A stretch of DNA of 64,000 nt from a virus (Duplodnaviria > Caudoviricetes), in the IMG/VR virus record IMGVR_UViG_2706795703_000001, positions 1-64,000 of that record, one strand, 5' to 3'. The notes below the pieces were generated by a model, which searched no databases, was not told the DNA's origin, and worked only from the letters and a program-made list of their open reading frames with translations. The translations under genes were made by a program, and so were the position numbers. Shown piece by piece: positions 27,172 to 37,645 of the stretch (positions are counted from its first letter, which is position 1; each line of letters begins with the position of its first letter).

Positions 27172-28605
27172 GTGGCGTTCCGTGGCTACTTCGCCTTAGA
27201 CGGTGTTGAGTTTGCTAACAGCAGCCGGGTGGTCGCGCACATTGGTGCCAACATTCCCACCATGGACCTGGGGGTATTCGGGGAGCCAGGCGATTGCTCG
27301 CTGACCCCGGTGGACGGTAGCCCGCTGCTGGCCGAAATGCCCGCCAGCAGCGTGCCCATCGGGCCGGGGCGGCTGCTGGGGACAGTCCCCGACGGCACCC
27401 GGCTGTACGGCCCGAAGCTGGGCCTGGTGGGCGACTGCTGGACCCCTGACAATATGTGCTTCGGGTGCCGTGACGCCGTTGCCTTCGATGACAGCTGGCC
27501 CGCCCTGGCCGACATGCTGGACCACAGCATCTACCGGCCCGAGCTGGCACCGTGGTACACCACGCGGGTGCCGGAATCAGGCGAGTTCGGCGGGGTCTGG
27601 GTGATGGACGTCAAGGGCCTGGACACCACACCGACCCAGCGCGACATCACCGAGACCGCCGGTGCGGGCGGCGTACCCGGCCCCGTGCGCAACCCCAGCC
27701 GTACCGTGACGTTCGACGCCCTGCTGATCGGCTGCACCAACGCCGGAGTGACCTACGGCCTCCAGTGGCTGACGTGCCTGCTGCGGGGCACCGACGCCGA
27801 CGAGGGCAGCGTGCTGCGCTACCTGGCCGCGCACCCCGGCGGCAGCACCGCCGACCCCGTGACGCTCATCCGCGAAGTCCACGGGGTGGTGCTGACCCAG
27901 GAGCCGCAGATACAGGACGCGGTCAACGCCGCCCGGCACCCCAACAGCCAGGCCACGGTGTACCGCGTGCAATGGACCATGACCGTGACCCGGCCGTATG
28001 CCTACAGCCCGCCGGTCGACGTCGCGGTGGACTGGGACACCACGGTGCTGGAGCCCATCAGCTGGGTGCACGGGGCCGACTGCAAAACCCCCGCCAGCTG
28101 TGCCGACATGCCGGTGTTCCTGGCCGAGGGCTGCTCGGTCGAGCGCATCGAGGTGGTCAGCACCCCGCCGCCGACGTGCGGCGGCTGTATGCCGGTCTGC
28201 GCGGTCGAGACGCGGCTGTTCGAGCTGCCGACGTTCGACACCCCATATCGGTGCCGCGAGACAGCGGTGACGCTGCGGGTGACCAACAACAGCGAGGACA
28301 CCCTGACGCTGCAAGCCTGGTACCGCCGCCGCAACACCCGCGAGCAGTGCAACGACCAGCTGCACCCCGTTCAGCTGACCGGCGTGCCCAGCCAGGGCAC
28401 CGTAGTGCTCGATGGCATCAGCGGGGGCTTCTGGCTGGAGTGGGCCGGGCGCAAGCGCCGCCCCTTCTACATGGTCAGCACCCCCAGCGGGGCCCCGTGG
28501 CGGCCAGCGGTCATCGACCGCAGCCAGGACTGGGAGCTAGTGGTGGTCACCGACGGCGCTGCCACCTTCGACATGGGCATGACCCTGGTGGACCGGGAGG
28601 TGTGA
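27172..28605 (+). CDS. Minor tail protein (distal tail-like)
   Basis: First gene after tape measure; AGGAGG RBS; MAFRGYFALDGVE start. Confidence 0.75.
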   Translation: MAFRGYFALDGVEFANSSRVVAHIGANIPTMDLGVFGEPGDCSLTPVDGSPLLAEMPASSVPIGPGRLLGTVPDGTRLYGPKLGLVGDCWTPDNMCFGCRDAVAFDDSWPALADMLDHSIYRPELAPWYTTRVPESGEFGGVWVMDVKGLDTTPTQRDITETAGAGGVPGPVRNPSRTVTFDALLIGCTNAGVTYGLQWLTCLLRGTDADEGSVLRYLAAHPGGSTADPVTLIREVHGVVLTQEPQIQDAVNAARHPNSQATVYRVQWTMTVTRPYAYSPPVDVAVDWDTTVLEPISWVHGADCKTPASCADMPVFLAEGCSVERIEVVSTPPPTCGGCMPVCAVETRLFELPTFDTPYRCRETAVTLRVTNNSEDTLTLQAWYRRRNTREQCNDQLHPVQLTGVPSQGTVVLDGISGGFWLEWAGRKRRPFYMVSTPSGAPWRPAVIDRSQDWELVVVTDGAATFDMGMTLVDREV

Positions 28606-28606
28606 T

Positions 28607-29689
28607 GTGGCAGTCGTTACCGACGATCTGCTGGTCAGCCTGCACACCGCCCAGGGTGATGGCGTCTACCAATTCACCCCCGACGACTACAGCGGCCTGA
28701 ACTGGACGCGCGACCACCGCGACACCAGCCGCTGCGATCTAACGGTGCCACCGCTGCTGCCCGGCGGCAGTCGGCTGCCGGACATCGTCTACTGGCACCA
28801 CTGGCTGACCGTCTGGGACGGTGACCGGCTGGGCAGCGCCGAGGGCGTGCTGTGGACCGGGCCTATCAAGAAAATCCGCGACAACCGCGCGGGGCTGACG
28901 CTTCAGGCCGTCGACCACAGCGCCTACCTGGCCCGCACCCGCAACCCGATGACCAAGCGCTGGGACGCCGCCGACCCCGCCACGGTGGCCGGTGAGCTGT
29001 GGTCGGCCATGGTGTTGGCCCAGGGTCTGCGCACCAGGCCGGTGGTGCTGGCCGACCCCGAGGGCGACCGCTACGACTTCCAGGTGGTCACCGATGAGAA
29101 GACCCTGGACCAGACCCTGGGGGACTTGGTCAGCTACGGCCTGCGCTGGTCGGTCGTCGCGGGCACCCCGGTGCTGGGCCCGCTGTCGCTGGAGCCGGTG
29201 GCCACCCTGGGCGAGGAGCACTTCCTGGGCGACGGCATCGACTTCGTGCGCGACGGCAGCGCGGTGGTCAACAACGTACTGGTGCGGGGCCCGGTCAACC
29301 TGGCCCGCGCGGCGGTGGACTTCTACGGCCAGAATCTTCAGGCAATTGTCAACGTGGACAACATGTCTGGGGTCAGCAACGTCACACGTGCCGCCCAGCA
29401 ATATGTGCAGTCGGCCGGTCGGGTGCGCACCACGCTCGAGCTGCCCGGCAGCACCGTGCTGTCCCCGACCGCGCCGGTGTCCATTGACCAACTGATGCCC
29501 AGCGCGCGGTTCATTATCGAGGCCCGGGGCACCCGGCAGCTGATGGCGCTGACCGGCTGCGAGGTCGACCGCCGCGCCGGTGCAGCTACCGTGAAGGTCA
29601 GCATGGAGACCGTCGAGGAGAAGATAGAGCTGACCAGCCAGAAGACCGGTCAGGCGCTGACCCTTGGTGCCGGGGCGGCGGGGCGGTGA
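28607..29689 (+). CDS. Minor tail protein
   Basis: Position; beta-rich baseplate-hub-like composition. Confidence 0.7.
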   Translation: MAVVTDDLLVSLHTAQGDGVYQFTPDDYSGLNWTRDHRDTSRCDLTVPPLLPGGSRLPDIVYWHHWLTVWDGDRLGSAEGVLWTGPIKKIRDNRAGLTLQAVDHSAYLARTRNPMTKRWDAADPATVAGELWSAMVLAQGLRTRPVVLADPEGDRYDFQVVTDEKTLDQTLGDLVSYGLRWSVVAGTPVLGPLSLEPVATLGEEHFLGDGIDFVRDGSAVVNNVLVRGPVNLARAAVDFYGQNLQAIVNVDNMSGVSNVTRAAQQYVQSAGRVRTTLELPGSTVLSPTAPVSIDQLMPSARFIIEARGTRQLMALTGCEVDRRAGAATVKVSMETVEEKIELTSQKTGQALTLGAGAAGR

Positions 29690-31983
29690 CCGCGCTGCTG
29701 GTGCCGGGGCGCACCCCGCAGAACGACGCCGAGCTGGCCCGGTCCTTCCATGACCGTCTGCGCAAGCTGGAGACCGCCAGCACCGTGCGCGTCGGCCCGT
29801 GGGTGCTGTCCAACGATCCGACCACGGGCAACCTGCGGGCCACCCGGCCGGGGCAGACCGTGGTTATTGACGACCAGGGCGCAACCCAGACCCTGGACGC
29901 CGCCAGCCTGAACCTGTCCGGCTACGTCACCGACAAAGAGCTGGTAGACGCGCTAAGCCAGATCGACACCGGCGGCTCGCTGGAGTCCATGTGGTCTGAC
30001 CTGTACACCGCGCTGACGGGCCTGCTGAACCCGGTCAATGCGCTGGCGGCGCTGGCCAACTTCTTCAAGGTCGAGCTGGGCAGCCCGATCACCAGCAATC
30101 GCCTCCCACTCATCCCGCTGTCGCACATCCGGCCGGTCAACCCGAACCTGCTGCTCGACGGCAGTTTCGATGACGAGGCCACGCTGTCGGGCTTCCCAGA
30201 CTGGGACTACGACGAGGCCGACGGTCGCAGCCGCCCCGGTAGCGCCTACACCATGGCCGACGGGCTGACCCACACCATCCGCAGCAACGCGGTGGAGGTG
30301 GAGGCCGACGACGAGCTGGACGCGGAGGTGTACGCCAAGTGGGTGGGCCTGGTGGTCAGCGCCGCCACGCCCATTCAGCTGGCCATTGCCAGCTACGACG
30401 AGAACGACGTACTGATCGGCGGCGCGCCTGCGGTGGTGGCCAGCGCCGGGGCAGCGGGCAACAGCGGCGGGACCAACGGCTGGGGCACCAAGCTGAGCGT
30501 TACCGGGTGGAGCCCGCCCAGCAATGCCAAGTACGTGGTGGTGGAACTGACGGTGACCCCCGGCGCGACCGGCGGCACCGTCAAGTACGACGATGCGGCG
30601 CTGCGCAAGACCGGCACCCTGCCCCAGCAGTACATCACTGGGCTGGTCGACGCACTATCGGGGCTGTGGGCAGGTGTGCAGGCCCGCATTGACGACTTCA
30701 TGGACCTGCTGGATGCCTTCGGTGGTTTCGTCATCGGCACCGGCCAGGGCCAGCTGACCGACGTGATTACCCGGCTGCAAGCGCTCAACCCGCTCACCGG
30801 TGTGTTCGACGCCAGCAAGCTCGGCAACCTGGCCAACATCCCGGCCATCGGCCAGGACAAGATCATCGGCCTGGTGGACGACCTGGCCGACGCGGTGGCC
30901 AATGGTGGCCAGACCGTGCGGGATGCGATCGTGCAGGCGCTGACGGGTGCGGTGCCGCCGGGCGGCGCGACAGACGCCAACGTGATCAGCGCGCTGACCA
31001 GCATTCCGGCCACGTTGGTGCAGAGCGCGGTGGAGGGCGCGAGCAACATTGACGACGCCATCCAGCAGGCGCTGAACGCCGTGGTGGAAGGCGCGAGCGG
31101 CGTGCTGAGCGCGCCCGGCACCTTCGTGGACATGATCAACCAGCTGGCGGGCCTGCGGAACAGCGCCGCCGGTGCGAACGCGGCGGTGGTCAATCTCCAG
31201 GCGACCGTGGCCGGGCTGGACCCGGCGGCGTCGTCGGAGGTCATCAACTTCGGCGAGTACGTGGACGCGGCCACGCCGCCCAGCATGTTCACGAAGTTCT
31301 CCGACACCGGTTCCGGCGCGCTGATCACCAGCGCCGGTGAGCTGCGCTGGGACAGTGCCAGCGCTGGGCGCGAGCTGTACCTGTTCAACGGCGGCCCACT
31401 CCAGACCGACCTGTTCGAGGTGTCGGTGGTGCTGCCGCAGGTGCCGACGCACGGCTGGTTCGGTGCCGACAGCACGAACTACATCTGGCTGATCGGTCGG
31501 TCGAATGCGGGCAGCACTGCCCTGGTGGCGGCGCGCCTGGCCTGGGATGAGATTCGCCTGTACAACCTGGCGGGCGGCACGTTTACACAGTTTGGCCCCA
31601 CCATCAGCGAGAGCGACCTGCTCACCGCCGGTTGCTCGGTCAGCTTCAAGGGCGGCACGGTGGCCGATCCCCGGTACTTCCATGTGTCCATCAATGGCAC
31701 CAAGAAGCTGGTCTACACCGACGGCTCCGGTGGCCCGCCGGTCACGGTGCTGGGGCCGGATTACCGGAACTGTGGCCTGGGCGTGGAGAAGGGCAGCAGC
31801 TACCTCACCGCCACGGTGAGCACCTGGTCCATGCTCGACGGCGGCAGCAGCGCCGGGTCCGGTGTGGTGGCCGGTTACACCGCCGCTGGTCTGACCAACC
31901 TGAACCTCTGGAAGGGCACCGCCGCGCAGTACGCGGCCATCCCGACCAAGAACCCGAACACCATCTACGTGGTGAAGAACTGA
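29686..31983 (+). CDS. Minor tail protein
   Basis: GTGA overlap; 765 aa with carbohydrate-binding-like beta segments; ends KNPNTIYVVKN. Confidence 0.75.
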   Translation: MTALLVPGRTPQNDAELARSFHDRLRKLETASTVRVGPWVLSNDPTTGNLRATRPGQTVVIDDQGATQTLDAASLNLSGYVTDKELVDALSQIDTGGSLESMWSDLYTALTGLLNPVNALAALANFFKVELGSPITSNRLPLIPLSHIRPVNPNLLLDGSFDDEATLSGFPDWDYDEADGRSRPGSAYTMADGLTHTIRSNAVEVEADDELDAEVYAKWVGLVVSAATPIQLAIASYDENDVLIGGAPAVVASAGAAGNSGGTNGWGTKLSVTGWSPPSNAKYVVVELTVTPGATGGTVKYDDAALRKTGTLPQQYITGLVDALSGLWAGVQARIDDFMDLLDAFGGFVIGTGQGQLTDVITRLQALNPLTGVFDASKLGNLANIPAIGQDKIIGLVDDLADAVANGGQTVRDAIVQALTGAVPPGGATDANVISALTSIPATLVQSAVEGASNIDDAIQQALNAVVEGASGVLSAPGTFVDMINQLAGLRNSAAGANAAVVNLQATVAGLDPAASSEVINFGEYVDAATPPSMFTKFSDTGSGALITSAGELRWDSASAGRELYLFNGGPLQTDLFEVSVVLPQVPTHGWFGADSTNYIWLIGRSNAGSTALVAARLAWDEIRLYNLAGGTFTQFGPTISESDLLTAGCSVSFKGGTVADPRYFHVSINGTKKLVYTDGSGGPPVTVLGPDYRNCGLGVEKGSSYLTATVSTWSMLDGGSSAGSGVVAGYTAAGLTNLNLWKGTAAQYAAIPTKNPNTIYVVKN

Positions 31984-33323
31984 TGCCAGTTTTCATCGGT
32001 GACGAGACCATCGACACTCTGCTGAACCAGCTGGGCCAGGACTACGACAGCGTGTATATCGGCAGCGACAAGGTGTGGCCGGACATCACGTTCCCCTACA
32101 CCCTGGTGAACACCAACGTCACCGGCGCGGCCATCCCACCGGGCGCGACCGGCGCATGGGTTCACCTCTGGGGCCGGGGCACTCCTGGCGGCAACGGCGG
32201 GCACGAGGACGGCACCCCGTCCAATGGTGACGCACCGGGCGGCTCGGGCGGCGGCGGCGGCGGGCACGTGCACAAAATCTTCATCTACGTGGAGGACATG
32301 GGCTCGGACTGGTCGCTGTTCTACGGGCCAGCTGCGGGCGCTCCCAACCGCTTCATCACGGGCGGCATCGACCTGATCGCCAACAGCGCCAACGGCGTGA
32401 ACGGTGGCACCGCCGTGGCCAACGGGCTGACCGCCGACTACTACTCGCCACGGGCATCCAATGGCGGCAACCGGGGCCAGGACTCCAACGGGGGCGGTGC
32501 AGGCGGCGCGAACGGCGGTAGTGCCAGCTGGACAGGTGACAACGCACCGAACACCAGCCCGCCCGGCCAGCGCGGCATCGGTTCCAACGGCGGCACCAAC
32601 GGCGGTACTGGCGGCATCGCCTACGGCTCAGGCAACGCGCATCACTACGCCAGCGGTGGCGGTGGCGGTGGCGGTGGTGGATACACCGCTGGCGGTCCCG
32701 GTGGCGCGGGCACACAGAACACGGGCGGCACTGGCGGGTCCGGCGGCGCGGCGCGTGCCGAGGTCATCTGGACCAACGAGATTGTTCCCAAGGACAAGAC
32801 CTGGGAGTACGCGCCCGGTGCGTGGAGCTGGACCGTACCTGCCTGGGCGCAGACCGGATGGGCGGTCGACCTGATCGAGTTCGGCGGCGGCAAGGGCGGC
32901 AACAACGGCGGCAGCACCAGCGCCGGAAACGGTGGCCTGGGCAGCGTCGGCGTCGGCCAGACGCTCATCATCGGTACCGACATTGCCCTGGGCGGCACCC
33001 TGAGCGGCAACGTGGGCAGCGGCGGCGCAAGCAACGGCGGCAACGGCGGGAACACCACCTGTACGCAGACCGGCCTCACCAGCAACGGCGCAACGGGCAC
33101 CAACAGCGCCCAGGCGGGCACGGCGGCCACCGGCGTCACCATCGGCGGCAAGACCTACGGCGGCGGCGCTGGCGGGTCTACGGGTAGCACGACGTCGGCA
33201 GGGCAGGCGGGCAGCCCGCCGGGCGGTGGCGGCCAGGGCGGCGGGTCGATCTTCTTTGTCGGCCAGGCTGGTGGCGTCGGCGGCGAGGGCCGGGTGTACG
33301 TGCGGCTGCGGCAGGTGGTCTAG
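31983..33323 (+). CDS. Glycine-rich minor tail protein
   Basis: ATG overlaps upstream TGA; many GGxGG runs. Confidence 0.75.
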   Translation: MPVFIGDETIDTLLNQLGQDYDSVYIGSDKVWPDITFPYTLVNTNVTGAAIPPGATGAWVHLWGRGTPGGNGGHEDGTPSNGDAPGGSGGGGGGHVHKIFIYVEDMGSDWSLFYGPAAGAPNRFITGGIDLIANSANGVNGGTAVANGLTADYYSPRASNGGNRGQDSNGGGAGGANGGSASWTGDNAPNTSPPGQRGIGSNGGTNGGTGGIAYGSGNAHHYASGGGGGGGGGYTAGGPGGAGTQNTGGTGGSGGAARAEVIWTNEIVPKDKTWEYAPGAWSWTVPAWAQTGWAVDLIEFGGGKGGNNGGSTSAGNGGLGSVGVGQTLIIGTDIALGGTLSGNVGSGGASNGGNGGNTTCTQTGLTSNGATGTNSAQAGTAATGVTIGGKTYGGGAGGSTGSTTSAGQAGSPPGGGGQGGGSIFFVGQAGGVGGEGRVYVRLRQVV

Positions 33324-33325
33324 CG

Positions 33326-34483
33326 GTGACGGGCTGGTTCCAGGCCCTGTCGCCGCCACCGCTGCCCGCACCGGGCTGGTTCGACAGCGAGGCCACACCA
33401 CAGCCGCCGGAGCCCGACGTGGCCTGGTGGGCGGTGCTTACCGTCGACATGGCCCACACCGTGGCGGCGGTCAACACCATGGAGCTGGGTGCGTTCAAGG
33501 CCCTGGGCATCGTCCACAGCGTTCACGCCACCCACCAGCTGGCGCTCCAGGCGCTGCTGCGGCTGAACGTGGCGCACAGCGTCACCGCACAGAACACCCT
33601 GGCCTTCCAGGGGCTCTACATGCTGGACATGTCACTGGCGCTGAGCGTGCAGCACGCGCTCACCCTGGCCCGCGTGAAGGACATCGCGGTGCCCATGCCG
33701 GTGGCGGTCGGCCACCAGCTGACCCTGGCCCGCGTGCTGGACATGCAGCTGGAGCACGCCCTGGCCAGCAGCCAGGTGCTGACGCTCCAGAAGTACCGCA
33801 CGCTGGCCGTGACGCAGAACGTGGCGGTCGGCCAGTCGCTGGACCTGGCCAAGGTGCGCACCCTGGCCATGGCGCACAGCCTGGGCGTCACCCACCAGAT
33901 GGCCATGGGCTTCCCGCCGACGGGCCTGCCCGCCCCGGCCAACTTCACCACCGCCGGGGCTTACACCTACGTGTTCCCGCGCAACTGTGACTTCGTGGAC
34001 GCGGTGCTGCTCGGGGCCGGGGGCGGCGGGGCCAGCTCGGGCACGTTCTACACACTCAAGGGCTACCCCGGCGAGGCGGGCGTCTGGGCCACCGCCACCC
34101 TCCAGCGCGGGCTGACGCTGGCGTGGACGGTCACGCAGTTCACCGGCCAGGTGGGCACGGGCGGCGCTCGCGGTAGCGGTGGCTTCACGGGCACCGCCGG
34201 GCAGGCCGGTACCGCCACCACGTCGGCCGCAACCGGCTGGGGCGGGCTCAGCGGCGCGGGCGGTGCCGGTGGCATTGCGAACGCCACGGGCACCAGCGAC
34301 AACGTGGGCCGGTCACCGGGGAACATCACGTACAACGGCATTCCGTACACGGGCGGCGGCACGCAGAGCACCAACGGCGCAGCCGGTAACCCGCCTGGTG
34401 GCGGCGGTGCGGGCGGTTCCAACTTCGGCGGGGCTGGCGGTGTCGGCGCTGCGGGGGCGGCTCGTTACAGGGCCTACCAGTAG
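33326..34483 (+). CDS. Glycine-rich minor tail protein with ~18-aa repeats
   Basis: Repeated (L/H)x(V/L)xHxLxLxx units then a Gly-rich domain. Confidence 0.7.
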   Translation: MTGWFQALSPPPLPAPGWFDSEATPQPPEPDVAWWAVLTVDMAHTVAAVNTMELGAFKALGIVHSVHATHQLALQALLRLNVAHSVTAQNTLAFQGLYMLDMSLALSVQHALTLARVKDIAVPMPVAVGHQLTLARVLDMQLEHALASSQVLTLQKYRTLAVTQNVAVGQSLDLAKVRTLAMAHSLGVTHQMAMGFPPTGLPAPANFTTAGAYTYVFPRNCDFVDAVLLGAGGGGASSGTFYTLKGYPGEAGVWATATLQRGLTLAWTVTQFTGQVGTGGARGSGGFTGTAGQAGTATTSAATGWGGLSGAGGAGGIANATGTSDNVGRSPGNITYNGIPYTGGGTQSTNGAAGNPPGGGGAGGSNFGGAGGVGAAGAARYRAYQ

Positions 34484-34493
34484 GATCACGACC

Positions 34494-34886
34494 GTGGCTG
34501 TGGGAATGACCGCCTACTTGGCGAACAAGTTGCTGGACCACGTGTTCCGCAACGTGGCATACACCCCGCCAGCTGTGGTGTACTTCCGGCCGCACATCGG
34601 TGACCCCGGCGCGCTGGGCACCGCCAACGGGTCGGCGAATACCACGCGCTACGCGATGAGCTTCGGCGTGGCCGGGGCCAGCACCGCCGGGCAGATCGCC
34701 CTGACCAACTTCCCCGAGCACACCCTGAACGCCACCGAGACCATCACGCACGGTTCGATCTGGGACGCCGCCAGCGGCGGCAACTGCTTGATCACCGGCC
34801 AGGCCACCGTCAGCAAGGGCGGCGTCAGCGGTGACATCATCCGGCTCGCTTCCGACATCGTGGGCATCACGCCCATTGCCGCATAG
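34494..34886 (+). CDS. Minor tail protein
   Basis: MAVGMTAYLANKLLDHVFR, HGSIWDAASGGNCL; TAGGAT 7 nt before GTG 34494. Confidence 0.7.
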   Translation: MAVGMTAYLANKLLDHVFRNVAYTPPAVVYFRPHIGDPGALGTANGSANTTRYAMSFGVAGASTAGQIALTNFPEHTLNATETITHGSIWDAASGGNCLITGQATVSKGGVSGDIIRLASDIVGITPIAA

Positions 34887-34895
34887 GAGACACCC

Positions 34896-35249
34896 ATGCC
34901 CGCACTCACCTGGTCGGTGGCCTGGGAGGTCGCTACACCGCCCGTGGAGCTGCTGCCTGCCCAGCCCGTCCCACCGACGCCGCCCGGCGACGACGCCGAC
35001 GAGGCGGCGGCGCAGCAGTACAGCGACGATTACGCCGCCTACGAGGTGGCCCTGGACGCGGCCTATCACCAGACCCAGACCGTGCTGGCCGATGAGCAGT
35101 GGTGGTCAGTGACGCGGCTGGAGTTCACAGACGAGGCCGAGGCCCGCGCCACGCTGCCGACCATGGTCCGCGCCAACGCCAGCAGCCCCTACGCGCGCAA
35201 CTTCCGTCTGGAGACATCCCCGCCCCGGGTGTGGTCCCCCGTAAGCTGA
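34896..35249 (+). CDS. Hypothetical tail-region protein
   Basis: AGGAGA RBS; Pro/acidic composition. Confidence 0.65.
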   Translation: MPALTWSVAWEVATPPVELLPAQPVPPTPPGDDADEAAAQQYSDDYAAYEVALDAAYHQTQTVLADEQWWSVTRLEFTDEAEARATLPTMVRANASSPYARNFRLETSPPRVWSPVS

Positions 35250-35253
35250 GCGC

Positions 35254-35907
35254 GTGACCACGCCCAGCGTTTGCGTAGCGGAGAACCTGGTCGTCGGTGA
35301 CGACGGCAAGCTACGCCTGGCCCCGTGGTCGGTCCCGCGCAACGTCGTGGACATCCTGGCCCGCAGCGGCGCTGACACCACCAAGCTGCTGGAGACGTCG
35401 ACGCTGCCCGGCCGTCTACTCATCGACGTGCCGCCGGAGGCCGTGCTGTGGACCAACACCACCCCGGTGGACCACATGGTGCGCATCGTGGTCACCCGGC
35501 GCTGGAAGCGGTGGATCACCAGCAACCCGAACGCGGTGCAGTTCCGTGACCGCTGGTCTACCGCCGTCACCCCGGCGGGCAACGACGCGGTGATGCCTGC
35601 GGTGCCGGTGGTGTCGGGCATCTTCAACAGCCAATGCGGCAGCGCCGGTGACCTGGGCAGCAACACCGTGGCCGAGCCCGTGCCGGGCAAGTTCTGGGGC
35701 TGGTGGGGCACCAACGCCAGCGAGGAGTGGATAGAGCCGGTGGCCCCTGGTGACACCCTGCGCGTGGCCTACCGCTGCTATGTCTGGACCCCGCCACCCT
35801 TCAGCGACAACGCGAACAAGAACGCCCCCGCCCACGAGGCCGAGGCGGGCTACACCCGCATCCAGCTAACGGCCTTCCCCAAGCAGGGAAAGCTGGTGAC
35901 CGGATGA
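35254..35907 (+). CDS. Minor tail-region protein (paralog 1 of 3)
   Basis: TAAGCT 6 nt before GTG; shares motifs with the next two ORFs. Confidence 0.65.
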   Translation: MTTPSVCVAENLVVGDDGKLRLAPWSVPRNVVDILARSGADTTKLLETSTLPGRLLIDVPPEAVLWTNTTPVDHMVRIVVTRRWKRWITSNPNAVQFRDRWSTAVTPAGNDAVMPAVPVVSGIFNSQCGSAGDLGSNTVAEPVPGKFWGWWGTNASEEWIEPVAPGDTLRVAYRCYVWTPPPFSDNANKNAPAHEAEAGYTRIQLTAFPKQGKLVTG

Positions 35908-36506
35908 CCAGCCTGAAGCTATGCACCGCCGAATACATGCTCAGCGACGTGCGCGGCGTCGGCGTACGCAACACCTGGCTGCCCCAGGTCATAGCCGAGC
36001 AGTTCCTGGAGTCCACGAAGGACGGCGAGATAAAGCTGTCCCCCGACCCGGTGACCATGATTGACGGCGATTTGACCTGGTACAACAACAGCCCCGACCG
36101 GGTGCGGGTGTGGGTGCTGGTCCACCGGGCACCCCGCAGCATCGTGGCGCAGAACCCGGCCACCGTGGTCATCCACGACGCTTGGGCCCACCAGGTCGGT
36201 AAGTCCCCCAGCGCGGACTACCCCAGCGTCATGCAGGACACTTTCGGCGGGCGCTTGCAGGTGGACCGCGCCAGCGTGGCCAAGGACTTGCTCCAGTTCG
36301 GTCGGTTCTTCCTCGACGGTGACGACAGCCAGACCTACGTCGATCTGGGTGTGGTGCCGCCTTATCAGTCGTTCCACTTCCGTTACCTGGCCGCTGTCCA
36401 GACCCCGGGCGTCTGGACACAGCCCAGCGAGTTCGAGCCGCGCTGGGAGGCATACGCGCGGTGGACCCGGTTGGTGGCCCTTGGCAGCCCGGTGGGGGCG
36501 CTGTGA
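35904..36506 (+). CDS. Minor tail-region protein (paralog 2 of 3)
   Basis: ATGA overlap; WYNNSP..V..HR motif. Confidence 0.65.
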   Translation: MTSLKLCTAEYMLSDVRGVGVRNTWLPQVIAEQFLESTKDGEIKLSPDPVTMIDGDLTWYNNSPDRVRVWVLVHRAPRSIVAQNPATVVIHDAWAHQVGKSPSADYPSVMQDTFGGRLQVDRASVAKDLLQFGRFFLDGDDSQTYVDLGVVPPYQSFHFRYLAAVQTPGVWTQPSEFEPRWEAYARWTRLVALGSPVGAL

Positions 36507-37255
36507 GCGATTGCGTAGACGAGACACACCTGCAAGAGCTGGACGGGGTCATCAGCCCCCAGCCGTGGATGCAGTGGCGGCACGTCGGCGGCGTGGAGGC
36601 CCCCAGCAAAACGGGCAACTACAACGTCACCATGACGTCAGGCGGCCTGGGCACCGTCGACGTCTTCGGCACCATCGGCAGCCTGTTCGGCAGCCTGTTC
36701 TCGTCCATCCCACTGCTGTTCGGCAAGTCGTCGCCGCTGGCCGGGCTGCTGGCGTCGGCCAGCGCGGGCGGCAACAAAAACGACCTGCTGCACGCGCTTC
36801 AGCTGAGCTGGACCAACGGCAGCCCCGTGGCCCAGGACGTCTACGGGCTGATCACGCGCGGCGGTGCGCGGGTCAGCCTTCAGCCGCGCAGCCGGGGCGG
36901 GCTGGTGCTGCGCAGCGGCTACGCCAAGCACGCCAGTGACCCCGGCACCCTGACCGACAGCTCCATGTTCGGCGTCGGTGCCGACCTGGGGCGCGGCGGG
37001 ACACTGAGCCTGGGGACGACCTACGGCGTGGCCGAGCACCGCATGAACAGCGTGACCATCCCGCTGGCACCGGAGCGCACCGGCTGGCTGCGCCTGGCCC
37101 CCGGTGAGACCATCACCGCCGCCCTGGAGCTGCGCTTTATCAGCGAGTTCTGGGAAAACACCACCATCGACGGCGGCGACACCGGCAGCGAGTCGAGCTA
37201 CACCACCGGCGCAACGCGCCTGGACCTGTTCGCGGTACCGGTAATCTCTGGGTGA
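36503..37255 (+). CDS. Minor tail-region protein (paralog 3 of 3)
   Basis: GTGA overlap at 36503; WTNGSP..V..TR motif. Confidence 0.65.
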   Translation: MSDCVDETHLQELDGVISPQPWMQWRHVGGVEAPSKTGNYNVTMTSGGLGTVDVFGTIGSLFGSLFSSIPLLFGKSSPLAGLLASASAGGNKNDLLHALQLSWTNGSPVAQDVYGLITRGGARVSLQPRSRGGLVLRSGYAKHASDPGTLTDSSMFGVGADLGRGGTLSLGTTYGVAEHRMNSVTIPLAPERTGWLRLAPGETITAALELRFISEFWENTTIDGGDTGSESSYTTGATRLDLFAVPVISG

Positions 37256-37282
37256 CTACCCCTCCGGCCTCGGGAGACTGCC

Positions 37283-37645
37283 TTGCTGTACGAACCGCCC
37301 CCAGGGTTTGACGATTGCGAGGCTGACGCCGACGCAGCCCCGACGCCTGCCAGCTGGCCGTACCACGAACTGGAGGTCGAGGGGGTGGGCACGCTGCACG
37401 CCCGGCGACCACTGCCCAACGCCATCCCCAACCTAGCCGGGGCTGCGCGGGCCAAGATCAAGCCCCAGGCGCGCATCGACCACCTGGACCTGTTCGTGCA
37501 GAACCACCTGGCCGAGGGCGAGTTCGAGACGCTGCTGGCGCGCATGATGACCGAGGACGACATGCCGCCGGACGCCATGCTGCGGGTCAGCCGCGCGATT
37601 GCGACGGCGGGCACTGCCCGCCCTACACGGCGGTCATCTACCTAG
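37283..37645 (+). CDS. Tail assembly chaperone-like protein (G part), paralog of 20564..21106
   Basis: GGGAG RBS before TTG; aligns by eye to 20564 ORF (LEVEG/LEFQG, LFVQNHL/LFIARHL, RMMTEDD/RLMDPDD). Confidence 0.6.
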   Translation: MLYEPPPGFDDCEADADAAPTPASWPYHELEVEGVGTLHARRPLPNAIPNLAGAARAKIKPQARIDHLDLFVQNHLAEGEFETLLARMMTEDDMPPDAMLRVSRAIATAGTARPTRRSST

